The position numbers and the translations under genes are program-made. DNA of 51,608 bases, taken from assembly GCA_964529245.1 (NCBI GenBank), contig CAZGUS010000003.1, positions 1-51,608 of the forward strand, read 5' to 3'. A model generated the notes under the pieces. That model was not told the DNA's origin. It did not search any database and saw nothing but the letters and a program-made list of their open reading frames with translations. Positions 35,554-44,086 of this stretch are shown here, one piece after another. Source of the DNA: an uncultured Anaerolineaceae bacterium. Lineage in GTDB: Bacteria; Chloroflexota; Limnocylindria; Limnocylindrales; CSP1-4. The stretch's first letter is position 1; each line of letters begins with the position of its first letter.

Positions 35554-35792
35554 CCGGCGACCTGGCTTCCCTCGGACCCTGGGCTTGCTCCTATCGCTGC
35601 CCTAACAGTAGCATCGCCCTGACGCCGACGGCCACGGACGGACGGTGCCGGGACGAGCCGGCTGGGGCGCCATTTCAGGATTTATGGAGTGTCGCGGTGT
35701 ATGAATGCCCGGCACAACGCGGGCGCCGCGCCCGCTTCGCAGGTTTGTTGCTCTCCCGCCGAACGGCTGGGCGGCAAAGAGAGGTGTTTCAC

Positions 35793-36806
35793 ATGAAGGC
35801 TGCCATCTCGCGCTGGCGACTCGTCCCGCTCGTCGGGGCGCTTCTCTTCGCCGGCGTTGCCTCCGTCGCGTTTGCCCTGGGCGTCTCCTCCGGAGGGTCG
35901 AACGCCGCGTTCGCGGCGCAGGCGACGACCATTCCCGATCATCCCGAACTCGGTCCCGGCTGGACGGCACCCGGAGGGTTCCAGGGCGCCGCCGGCCAGG
36001 TAGCCATCACCATCACGAAGATCGACGGCACCGACCTTTCGCTGCAGACGACCGACGGCTGGACCCGGACGATCGACGCGACCGGCGCCACGATCACGAG
36101 TAGCGGGCAGACGATCGCGCTGACGGATCTGAAGGTCGGCGACCAGATCAACTTCCGTGAGGCTCGCCAGTCCGACGGCTCATACAAGATCACGACGATC
36201 ACGGTCATGTTGCCCACGGCGACGGGCACCGTTACGGCGGTCAGTTCGGGCTCGGTGACCATCACTCAGGTCGGGGGCGCCTCGAAGACGCTCACCCTGA
36301 CCGGAGCCACTACGTACACCGAGGCCGGCGCCACGGTCAGTTCGTCCGCGGTCGTCGTCGGAGCCCGGATCTCAGCCCAGGGCACGGTCGACTCGGCCGG
36401 CAACTTCATCGCCACGGCGGTGACGATCGCGCCGGCCTCCGTCCAGGGAACGGTAGCGAGCAAGACCGCAACGACGATCGTGGTGACGACCGCGGCCGGC
36501 AAGACGGTCACGCTCGACGTCTCGTCTGCGACGAAGTACACCGTCCGAGGCGTCTCGGCGCCGACTCTTGCCGACGTCGCCGTCGGCGACCGGATCGAGG
36601 CCCAGGGCACGCTCAACACCGACGGCTCGCTCACCGCGACGATGGTGCAGTCGGGCCCGAACGATCAGCCCGGTTTCGGCGGCCCCGGCGGTGGGTTCGG
36701 CCCCGGTGGGGCCGGCCGCGGCTTCGGCGGCGCGGGCGGCTTCGGCGGACGCATGGGCCATCCGTACCCGGCGCCGTCGGCCTCGCCGACTGCCCCGGGC
36801 GTCTAG
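35793..36806 (+). CDS. secreted DUF5666-repeat protein with Gly-rich C-terminus
   Basis: AAGAGAGG RBS. Signal MKAAISRWRLVPLVGALLFAGVASVAFALG. Four units of the type GTVTAVSSGSVTITQVGGASKTLTLTGATTYT...VVVGARISAQGT. Tail GFGGPGGGFGPGGAGRGFGGAGGFGG. Confidence 0.7.
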   Translation: MKAAISRWRLVPLVGALLFAGVASVAFALGVSSGGSNAAFAAQATTIPDHPELGPGWTAPGGFQGAAGQVAITITKIDGTDLSLQTTDGWTRTIDATGATITSSGQTIALTDLKVGDQINFREARQSDGSYKITTITVMLPTATGTVTAVSSGSVTITQVGGASKTLTLTGATTYTEAGATVSSSAVVVGARISAQGTVDSAGNFIATAVTIAPASVQGTVASKTATTIVVTTAAGKTVTLDVSSATKYTVRGVSAPTLADVAVGDRIEAQGTLNTDGSLTATMVQSGPNDQPGFGGPGGGFGPGGAGRGFGGAGGFGGRMGHPYPAPSASPTAPGV

Positions 36807-36932
36807 CGGCCCTCGACCCGGAAGAAGTGGAGCCGCTCGTGCGGCCCACTCGTTGCGGTCGGTCAGGTCCGGCGGCCGGGCCGACCCCGACGGCCGTTTG
36901 ACCGTTCTCCGGGCGCGCCCACAGACTCAACC

Positions 36933-38639
36933 ATGGTCTTGCTCGTAGTCGTCGCCTTCATCGCCGGGTTCGTCACCGCGGTCTCGCCGTGCGTGCTGCC
37001 GATCCTGCCGATCGTGCTGGCGACCGGAGCCGACGGCGACAGGCGCCGGCCGTATCTCGTGATCGCCGGCCTCATCGCCAGCTTCGCGTTCTTCACTCTT
37101 GCCAGCGTGAAGATCATCCAGGCCTTGAACCTTCCCAGTTCGACGCTCCGCGACGTGGCCATCGTCGTCATCGCCCTCTTCGGGCTGACGCTCCTCGTGC
37201 CCGCTCTGGCGGTTGCCTGGGAGCGCGCCACGAACCGCATTCCGGCGGTCGGCGCAAGCCTGGCGCGGCCGGGAGCGGCCGGCGGGCTGATCACCGGCGT
37301 GGGACTCGGCCTGGTGTGGACTCCCTGCGCCGGCCCGATTCTCGGTGCCATCACCAGCCTGGCTGTCACTCAGCCGGGCTCGACGGCGACGCTGTTGCTT
37401 GTCGTCTCGTATTCGATCGGCGCCGGGCTGCCGCTGCTGGCCATCGCCCTGGGCGGGCGCGCCGCGCTGGCGCGGCTCCACCTTCGGTCCGCGTCGGCGC
37501 GGGCCGGCAAGGTATTCGGCGTCCTCGTCCTCGCGACCGCCGGCCTGATGGCGGTTGGCGCCGACACGGCCATCCCGGCCGATCTCACCAACGCCCTGCC
37601 GGACTGGACCAACACGCTCCAGACGCTCGAACGATCGAACCCGGTGCAGTCCGCTCTCGGCGGCCTCGGAGTCGGCTCGGGCCCCAGCGGCGTCCCCGGT
37701 TCGGATCTGGCTGCCGGCCCTGCCGCTCCGGAATTCACCGGCATAGACCACTGGCTCAACTCTCCGCCTCTCACCATGGCGAGCCTGCGCGGCAAGGTGG
37801 TCCTGGTCGACTTCTGGACCTACTCCTGCATCAACTGCATCCGGACGCTGCCGTACGTCGAGGGCTGGTATCAGAAGTACGGTCCCGACGGGTTCGTCGT
37901 CGTCGGGGTGCATACGCCGGAATTCGCCTTCGAGCATGACACGGCCAACGTCGCGGCCGCGATCAGCCGCTTCGGGATCACCTACCCGGTAGCCCAGGAC
38001 AACGAGTACACCACCTGGACGGCGTACAACAACGAGTACTGGCCGGCCGACTACCTGATCGACGCCACGGGACACATCCGCGCCACTCATTTCGGCGAGG
38101 GCGACTACGTGCAGTCCGAGGACGAGATCCGCAGCCTGCTGACCGAGGCGGGGCAGGCGGCCCTGCCCACCCCGGCGACCTCGGCGGCCGCGCCGCCGTT
38201 CATCGCGGACGAGACGCCCGAGACCTATCTCGGCACCGATCGGGCAGTCTCGATGGCCGGCCCGGGTCAGCCGCCCGCGGGGAAGGGCCAGTTCTCCTTC
38301 CCGAGCCAGCTGCCGGACAACGAGTTCGCGGTCTCGGGGACCTTCGACTTCCAGCCCCAGTACGTCGTAGCCTCGAACACCGGCGACAAGCTCGAGCTCT
38401 CCTTCATGGCTCGAGACGTCTACCTGGTGATGGCCGCCGACACGCCGGTGCAGGCCACCGTCACCGTCACCGGCGCACAGGCCGGCGTCACGGAGGACGT
38501 CGCCGCCGATGGGACATTCGTCATCGGGCAGGCCCGCCTCTACCACCTGGTCCATCTCGATACGGCGAGCGCGGGCGTGGTGACCATCACCTTCAACGGG
38601 CCCGGCGCCCGCGCCTACGCCTTCACCTTCGGCGGCTGA
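36933..38639 (+). CDS. dipZ: DipZ-like protein: CcdA/DsbD-type thiol-disulfide transporter fused to a thioredoxin-fold domain and a C-terminal beta domain
   Basis: TM Cys motifs VSPCVLPILP and TPCAGPILG. Redoxin domain GKVVLVDFWTYSCINCIRTLPYV...VVGVHTPEFAFE. 568 aa. Confidence 0.88.
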   Translation: MVLLVVVAFIAGFVTAVSPCVLPILPIVLATGADGDRRRPYLVIAGLIASFAFFTLASVKIIQALNLPSSTLRDVAIVVIALFGLTLLVPALAVAWERATNRIPAVGASLARPGAAGGLITGVGLGLVWTPCAGPILGAITSLAVTQPGSTATLLLVVSYSIGAGLPLLAIALGGRAALARLHLRSASARAGKVFGVLVLATAGLMAVGADTAIPADLTNALPDWTNTLQTLERSNPVQSALGGLGVGSGPSGVPGSDLAAGPAAPEFTGIDHWLNSPPLTMASLRGKVVLVDFWTYSCINCIRTLPYVEGWYQKYGPDGFVVVGVHTPEFAFEHDTANVAAAISRFGITYPVAQDNEYTTWTAYNNEYWPADYLIDATGHIRATHFGEGDYVQSEDEIRSLLTEAGQAALPTPATSAAAPPFIADETPETYLGTDRAVSMAGPGQPPAGKGQFSFPSQLPDNEFAVSGTFDFQPQYVVASNTGDKLELSFMARDVYLVMAADTPVQATVTVTGAQAGVTEDVAADGTFVIGQARLYHLVHLDTASAGVVTITFNGPGARAYAFTFGG

Positions 38640-38664
38640 TTCCGGCGAGCCGGCGCATCGGGCG

Positions 38665-39363
38665 GTGAGTTTCGGTCGCGTCGGCGGGTCGCCAGCGTAT
38701 AGACTGGCCGCGTCGGAGCGGAGTGGATTAGGGAGGGTTAGTTACGGTGGTGATGGGTCGCGGCCGCCGCCGGGCACCGCTGTGGCGGCGGTGAGCATCT
38801 ACGACGAGCCGCCGCCGTACGTGACCCCGCGGCGTCGGCAGACCCAAAGAGCCCTGAACATCGCCCTGGCCGTAGCCATCGTCGTCGGCGCCACCGTCGT
38901 GTCCGTGGCCGTGGTCCGGGTCAGCGTGGAAGCGGTGATGGGCCAGTGCGCTCCGCCGTGGCTGACCGGCACCGACCCGCAGCTCTGCCTCAGCGCTCAG
39001 GTCAGCCAGGGGACGCTGAGCGTGACCGGCGGCACCAGCCTGGCCGATGGAGCGGTCGTCCAGATATGGGCGGACGACTACGGCACCGGATCCGACCAAC
39101 ACTGGGGCGCCGACCCGGTGAACGTCACGGTCGCGGGCGGGAGTTTCGGCGAGAGCTTCGACGTGTCGAGCTGGGGGCCGGGCACGATCACGGTGACCGC
39201 CTTCTTCGAGATCGGGGCGGGCCAGCCGCAGGCACTGGTCGACCGCTACGGCGCCGACGGCGAACGGCTGAATGGGCCCGATGTGAGGCTCGACCTGAGC
39301 AGCGGCAACCCGGATACTCAGGCCGTCCAGGTGTCGACCAACGTGGATCTATCGGCCGGGTAG
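38665..39363 (+). CDS. hypothetical single-pass membrane protein with an extracytoplasmic beta-rich domain
   Basis: TM ALNIALAVAIVVGATVVSVAVV, then Cys pair CAPPWLTGTDPQLC. Start uncertain: GTG 38665, 26 nt after dipZ, or GTG 38791. Confidence 0.5.
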   Translation: MSFGRVGGSPAYRLAASERSGLGRVSYGGDGSRPPPGTAVAAVSIYDEPPPYVTPRRRQTQRALNIALAVAIVVGATVVSVAVVRVSVEAVMGQCAPPWLTGTDPQLCLSAQVSQGTLSVTGGTSLADGAVVQIWADDYGTGSDQHWGADPVNVTVAGGSFGESFDVSSWGPGTITVTAFFEIGAGQPQALVDRYGADGERLNGPDVRLDLSSGNPDTQAVQVSTNVDLSAG

Positions 39364-39559
39364 CCGGCATGGTTCGCCGGGGAGACTTTCGGACTCGTGG
39401 TTCGGCCGCGACGATCGGCCTCGCTGGCTCGATCTGTCCATTGCGTCTTCCGGCAGGCCGCCGGAACATGACACGGATCGCGCCGTGTCGCGTCCTGCCG
39501 GCAGCTCGGGGCGGCACTGGTGGGCTACCGACTTTCGAGTTCCGGACGGGAGGCGTGAA

Positions 39560-42500
39560 GTGACTTCGATGCGCAGGGTCCTGCCGTTGGCGGCGCTGCT
39601 TGCGATCGTCACCATGAGCGCTCCCACGGGCGCCGCCGCGTCGGCTCAGGCCGCTCCGGCCGGCGGCGCCGGTTCTCAGGCCGCTCCGGCCGGCGGCGCT
39701 GACGCGGTCGGCCTGACCGGCACGCTGCGGCTGGCAATCGCCGACGACTTCTCGGGCGGGCAGTCGCAAACGCTGTACTCCATCGACAACGCCGCCGGAT
39801 CCACGCCGATCACCATCACCGGAGCCGGCGCCGACGAACTCGACGGCGCGTTGGTCCGAGTCTCCGGCCGCCGTCAGGCCGACGGCAGCGTCGCGGTCGC
39901 CGCGGGCCAGATCGTGGTCGTGAAGACCGCCGCCGAGAACCCGGACGCGGCCGGCCTCGGCTTCCGATTCGGGTCGGGCGGCGCCTTGCCGGCCGTGCCC
40001 GCCAGCCAGAGCGTGGCCGTGGTAATCGCCGACTACACGGACCTGGCCGGCTGGCCGGTCACGGTGGCCGATGCGCAGCAGACATTTACCGGCTCGACGG
40101 CGTCGGTCCACAGTTACTTCGAGGCGACCTCGCGCGGCCGCTTCAGCACCACGGCAACCGTGCTGGGGCCGTGGCATCTGGGCATCGCCCAATGCGCCGG
40201 CGGCAACACGAGCTGGTCGCTCAGCGCCACCGTGGCCGCTGCCGCGAGCCAGGCAACGGCACATGGATACAACCTCAACTCGTACGACCACGTAGTGATC
40301 TGGACGAAGGCGCCGTGCAAGCTGGGCTGGGCCGGTATCGGCCAGATGCCCGGCAAGTACGTGCAGATCGACATGGACTGGGCCACATACACCGGCGACG
40401 AGCCGGCAGTCACGACCATGGTCGCTTCGCACGAACTCGGGCACAACCTCGGCCTGGATCACTCGAACGGCCTGGGATGCTTCGACGGCCTGGGCAACCA
40501 GGTCGAACTCGGCAGCGCCTGCCTGGATTACGAGTACCTCGACGAGTACACGACGATGGGCATGGCCGGCGCTTCCGATCACGCTCTGCTCGACGCCGAC
40601 CGCCTCGAGTCCCTGGGCTGGCTGGCTGCCGGTGAGTCTCAGGACGTGACCGGCGTGGGCACCTATTCCCTTGTGCCGGTCTATTCGAGCTCGCCGGGAG
40701 TGCGCTTGCTGCGCATCGCAAGACCGACGCCCGTGCTGGGCGGGGGCCTGTCGGGCGCATGGACGCTGGAGCTGCGATCGACCCTCGTCGGGGCCGCGTG
40801 GGATCAGTTCGCCGCATCGACGTATTCGCCCGTCACGACCGGCGTGACCGTCAGGTATTCGGAGGGCTTCGGCCAGTCCGGCATCTCCGGCCAGAGCTAT
40901 CTGGTCGACTCCGTACCCGACGCCGTGAACTCCAACACCCCCGACTTCTGGGATGCGCCCTTCGAACCCGGCGCAACCTTCAGCGACCCGACCGGCGGCT
41001 TCACCATCACTGTGGACTCCGTCAACGGATCCGGCGCCAGCGTCACCATCGGCGACACTCAGGCGCCGACCGCGCCGCTCTCGCTCGAGGCGACCGCCCT
41101 GCCCACCGGCGGCGCGGAGCTCGACTGGCAGGCAGCGTCGGACAACCTTGGCCTGGCCGGCTATCGGGTCTATCGCGGCGGCACCTTCCTGGCCACGGTC
41201 CCGGCCGGCACACTGACATACGAGGATCCGCCGGCCGGCGTGGGCGGGTTCCAAAGCTACTCCGTGACCGCGGTCGACACCGCCGGCCTGGAGGGTCCGG
41301 CCGCGACCGCGAGCGCGAGCCTGCTTCCGCCGCCGAGCGCGCCGCAGTCGCCGACTGCCACGGCCGGCAACGGCGCCGCGCTGGTGAGATGGAGCCCGCC
41401 GGTCTCCGGGGCGCCGATCACCGCGTACACCGTCACCTCGAACCACGGCCAGATGTGCGCCACGACCGGCGCACTCAGCTGCATCGTGGGCGGTCTCACC
41501 AACAACACCTCGTACACCTTCACAGTCACGGCCACCAACATGGTCGGGACGGGCCCGGCCTCGAGCGCGACCGCCGCCGTGACGCCGCTGCCGGTGCCGG
41601 GCCGCCCCACCGGCGTGTCGGGCGTCCCCGGCGACACGACCGTCGTTGTCTCCTGGGCCGCCCCCGCCGACCAGGGTTCGAGCTCGGTGAGCGCGTATAC
41701 GGTCACTTCCTCGCCGGGCAACTTCAGCTGCTCCCCGAACCCGGGCAACCTCTTCTGCACCGTCGGCGGGCTGGCCGACGGCGTGCCCTACTCGTTCACG
41801 GTCACCGCAACCAACGACCTGGGCACGGGTCTGCCGTCCGATCCGTCGCCACCGATAACGCCGCGCACCCGCCCCGACGCTCCCGTCGACGTCGTCGCGC
41901 TGGGCTCGAACCGTTCGGCCCTCGTCTCGTGGGGATCGCCTCCGTTCAACGGCGGGAGCCCCGTCCTTTCCTACGACGTCGTCTCCACGCCCGATTCTCT
42001 GACCTGCCATACGACCGGAGCGCGTTCCTGCACGATCTCGGGGCTGACCAACAGAGTCACGTACACGTTCTCCGTCACCGCCACGAACGTGGCCGGCACC
42101 AGCGATCCGTCCGCGGCCTCGCCCGGCGCGATGCCGCTTGCCGGAGCCACGTACGTGCCTATCACTCCGAACCGACTCGTCGATTCGCGCGCCGGCACGC
42201 GTCTCGGGCTCACGGCCTCGTTGAGCAACAAGGTCCCGGTCTCGTTCCAGGTAACCGGCCGTTCGGCCGATCCGAGCCTCGACATTCCAACCGGCGCGGT
42301 CGCCGTTACCGGCAACCTGACCGTGGTCGATCAAGGCTCGTACGGCTACCTGAGCCTGACTCCCGCCAGGCCCGTCGGAACCCCGGCCACATCGACGCTC
42401 AACTTCCCCGCCGGAGACACTCGGGCCAACGCCGTCACGGTTCCACTTGGCGCGGGCGGAACGCTGTGGGTCACGTTCGTGGGCGTCTCCGGCAAGAAGG

Positions 42501-43354
42501 CCGACGTGATATTCGACGTGACCGGCTATTTCGCCGGCAACTCGGCCGGCGCGACCTATCTGCCGCTCACGCCGAACAGGATCCTGGACTCGCGCAGCCC
42601 GACGAGACTCGGGATGCCGGCGTCGCTCACCTCGGGCACGCCGGCGAGCTTCCAGGTGACGGGGCTCTCGGCCGATCCTGAGCTGAACGTTCCGTCCGGC
42701 GCGGTCGCCGTCGTCGGCAACCTCACTGCCGTAAACGAGGCCGCGGGCGGTTACTTCAGCCTGACGCCCGCCAGTCCGGCAGGCCTTCCCGGAACCTCGA
42801 CCATCAACTTCCCGGCCGGCGACACGCGGGCCAACGCGGTGACCGTTCCGCTCGGAGCGGGCGGCGTGCTGTGGGTCACCTTCGAAGGCAAGGTCGGTTC
42901 GCACGCGGACGTGATATTCGACGTGACCGGCTACTTCGTTCCGGACACGAGCGGCGCTACCTACGTCGTCCTCACGCCGAACCGCCTGGTCGACTCCCGT
43001 GCGGGGACCCGCCTGGGGCTGGCGGCGTCGCTGACGTCGAAGGCCCCGGCCGAGTTCGAGGTCACCGGTCGATCGGGCAACGCGGCCCTGAACGTCCCCT
43101 CGGACGCGGTCGCCGTCACGGGCAACCTGACCGCCGTCGGCGCGACTTCAGGCGGCTATTTCGCCCTGACCCCGGACGACCCGGGCGGGACGCCCGCGAC
43201 GTCGACGCTCAACTTCCCCAGGGGCGACACGCGAGCCAATGCGGTCACGATCCCGCTGGGAAGCGGTGGCGGACTGTGGGTCACGTTCGTCGGCGCCACG
43301 GGAACCCACGCCGACGCCGTCTTCGACGTGTCCGGCTACTTCACGATGGGCTGA
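39560..43354 (+). CDS. large secreted multidomain zinc metalloprotease: signal peptide, metzincin-type catalytic domain, 4 FN3 domains, 3 copies of an unassigned 135-aa module
   Basis: GGGAGG RBS at 39548, GTG 39560 (ATG 39569 alternative). Signal MRRVLPLAALLAIVTMSAPTGAAASAQA. HELGHNLGLDH at 40430-40462 (HExxHxxGxxH). FN3 signatures (W..P.....I..Y.V......C...SC.V.GLTN...Y.F.V.A.N..G.G). Confidence 0.85.
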   Translation: MTSMRRVLPLAALLAIVTMSAPTGAAASAQAAPAGGAGSQAAPAGGADAVGLTGTLRLAIADDFSGGQSQTLYSIDNAAGSTPITITGAGADELDGALVRVSGRRQADGSVAVAAGQIVVVKTAAENPDAAGLGFRFGSGGALPAVPASQSVAVVIADYTDLAGWPVTVADAQQTFTGSTASVHSYFEATSRGRFSTTATVLGPWHLGIAQCAGGNTSWSLSATVAAAASQATAHGYNLNSYDHVVIWTKAPCKLGWAGIGQMPGKYVQIDMDWATYTGDEPAVTTMVASHELGHNLGLDHSNGLGCFDGLGNQVELGSACLDYEYLDEYTTMGMAGASDHALLDADRLESLGWLAAGESQDVTGVGTYSLVPVYSSSPGVRLLRIARPTPVLGGGLSGAWTLELRSTLVGAAWDQFAASTYSPVTTGVTVRYSEGFGQSGISGQSYLVDSVPDAVNSNTPDFWDAPFEPGATFSDPTGGFTITVDSVNGSGASVTIGDTQAPTAPLSLEATALPTGGAELDWQAASDNLGLAGYRVYRGGTFLATVPAGTLTYEDPPAGVGGFQSYSVTAVDTAGLEGPAATASASLLPPPSAPQSPTATAGNGAALVRWSPPVSGAPITAYTVTSNHGQMCATTGALSCIVGGLTNNTSYTFTVTATNMVGTGPASSATAAVTPLPVPGRPTGVSGVPGDTTVVVSWAAPADQGSSSVSAYTVTSSPGNFSCSPNPGNLFCTVGGLADGVPYSFTVTATNDLGTGLPSDPSPPITPRTRPDAPVDVVALGSNRSALVSWGSPPFNGGSPVLSYDVVSTPDSLTCHTTGARSCTISGLTNRVTYTFSVTATNVAGTSDPSAASPGAMPLAGATYVPITPNRLVDSRAGTRLGLTASLSNKVPVSFQVTGRSADPSLDIPTGAVAVTGNLTVVDQGSYGYLSLTPARPVGTPATSTLNFPAGDTRANAVTVPLGAGGTLWVTFVGVSGKKADVIFDVTGYFAGNSAGATYLPLTPNRILDSRSPTRLGMPASLTSGTPASFQVTGLSADPELNVPSGAVAVVGNLTAVNEAAGGYFSLTPASPAGLPGTSTINFPAGDTRANAVTVPLGAGGVLWVTFEGKVGSHADVIFDVTGYFVPDTSGATYVVLTPNRLVDSRAGTRLGLAASLTSKAPAEFEVTGRSGNAALNVPSDAVAVTGNLTAVGATSGGYFALTPDDPGGTPATSTLNFPRGDTRANAVTIPLGSGGGLWVTFVGATGTHADAVFDVSGYFTMG
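39645..39699 (+). repeat. 30-bp-period tandem duplication (25-bp perfect core CTCAGGCCGCTCCGGCCGGCGGCGC, two copies)
   Basis: Copies at 39645-39669 and 39675-39699. They encode AQAAPAGGA twice, just after the signal peptide of the metalloprotease. Confidence 0.8.
41057..42139 (+). repeat. four tandem fibronectin type III domain coding units (about 270 bp each)
   Basis: Protein-level repeats ending ...YSVTAVDTAGLEG, ...YTFTVTATNMVGTG, ...YSFTVTATNDLGTG, ...YTFSVTATNVAGTS. Confidence 0.8.
42143..43351 (+). repeat. three tandem 405-bp (135-aa) coding repeats of an unassigned domain
   Basis: Units start at 42143, 42548 and 42953 (GATY[VL]P[IL]TPNR[LI][VL]DSR ... FQVTG ... P.GAVAV.GNLT ... GY[LF]SLTP ... 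TSTLNFP.GDTRANAVT.PLG.GG.LWVTF ... DV.FDV.GYF). Confidence 0.9.
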
Positions 43355-43381
43355 CGTCGGCGGGCTGACTTCGGCCGGCGC

Positions 43382-43633
43382 TCAGGGTCGGCCGCGCTCC
43401 GTCTTGCGCGTTCGGGGCCGGGCCTGCGGCGTTCCCGACTGGGGCGCCGGCTTCTCCGGGCGCGCCGTCTCGCCCGGCTCGACTTCGTCCGCGCGCCGCC
43501 GTTGGACATCGAGCACCTGCTTGAACTGCTTTGCCAGCCCGGTGCGCATGCCGGCCCGCGATTGCGCCTCCGCGTCTCTGTCCCGCCGCCGTTTCCGGGC
43601 CGCCTCGGCGGGCGGGAGCTCGTTCTCGTCCAT
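43382..43633 (-). CDS. small basic hypothetical protein (83 aa)
   Basis: ORF with coding-like third-position G+C, Arg/Glu-rich, weak RBS. Low confidence. Confidence 0.35.
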   Translation of the reverse strand: MDENELPPAEAARKRRRDRDAEAQSRAGMRTGLAKQFKQVLDVQRRRADEVEPGETARPEKPAPQSGTPQARPRTRKTERGRP

Positions 43634-43684
43634 TCAATCCGACTCTCGATCTCGCTGCGGGCGCCGGACCATGTTTGAGCGACC

Positions 43685-43693
43685 TGCTACGAT
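43685..43693 (+). promoter_or_regulatory. extended -10-like element TGCTACGAT, positioned for a leaderless or near-leaderless transcript of the 43703 ORF
   Basis: TGn-TAnnnT pattern ends 9 nt before ATG 43703. There is no convincing Shine-Dalgarno sequence in between. Confidence 0.3.
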
Positions 43694-43702
43694 CCGGACC
43701 AG

Positions 43703-44080
43703 ATGGAACTCTACGGCGTCCGCATCCCCACCATCGTCAGCGACAACGTGGCCGTCCGCTGTGCCGGCTGCGGCGAGATCATCGAAGGCACGCCCTGGCG
43801 TGTGAGCATCCTCGATGTCGTGGCTCCCGAGGCGCCGGTATCCTGGACGGAGACGGCCGCCCTGAACCCGGGCCCGTTCGAGTTCCACAGCGAGCCGAGC
43901 CATGTGCGGGCGTGGATGTCCAAGCGTGGGCTGCTCTTCTGCCGCCGCTCCCGAATCCGCGAGATCATGAGGCCGGTGTGGCTGCCCGTCGAGCCGCGCC
44001 GGTTGGGTCTATGCGACGGACTCCATCGCGACGATCACGAGTTTGTGGACCCGGCCGCCGTCGCGGCCGATCGAAGCTGA
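43703..44080 (+). CDS. hypothetical protein (125 aa) immediately upstream of galU
   Basis: High third-position G+C. One CxxC (RCAGCGE). Stop lies 6 nt before the galU ATG. Extended -10-like TGCTACGAT ends 9 nt upstream of the ATG. Confidence 0.5.
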   Translation: MELYGVRIPTIVSDNVAVRCAGCGEIIEGTPWRVSILDVVAPEAPVSWTETAALNPGPFEFHSEPSHVRAWMSKRGLLFCRRSRIREIMRPVWLPVEPRRLGLCDGLHRDDHEFVDPAAVAADRS

Positions 44081-44086
44081 GGGCAA

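Noticed and set aside
36927-38555. 542-aa minus-strand ORF
   Set aside because: It is antisense to dipZ, which has CcdA Cys motifs and a CxxC thioredoxin domain. Shadow ORF.
39188-42904. 1238-aa ORF on the minus strand
   Set aside because: It is antisense to the well-supported metalloprotease/FN3 gene. The product is Arg/Gly/Ala/Asp-rich with no motif. This is a typical stop-poor shadow frame in G+C-rich DNA.
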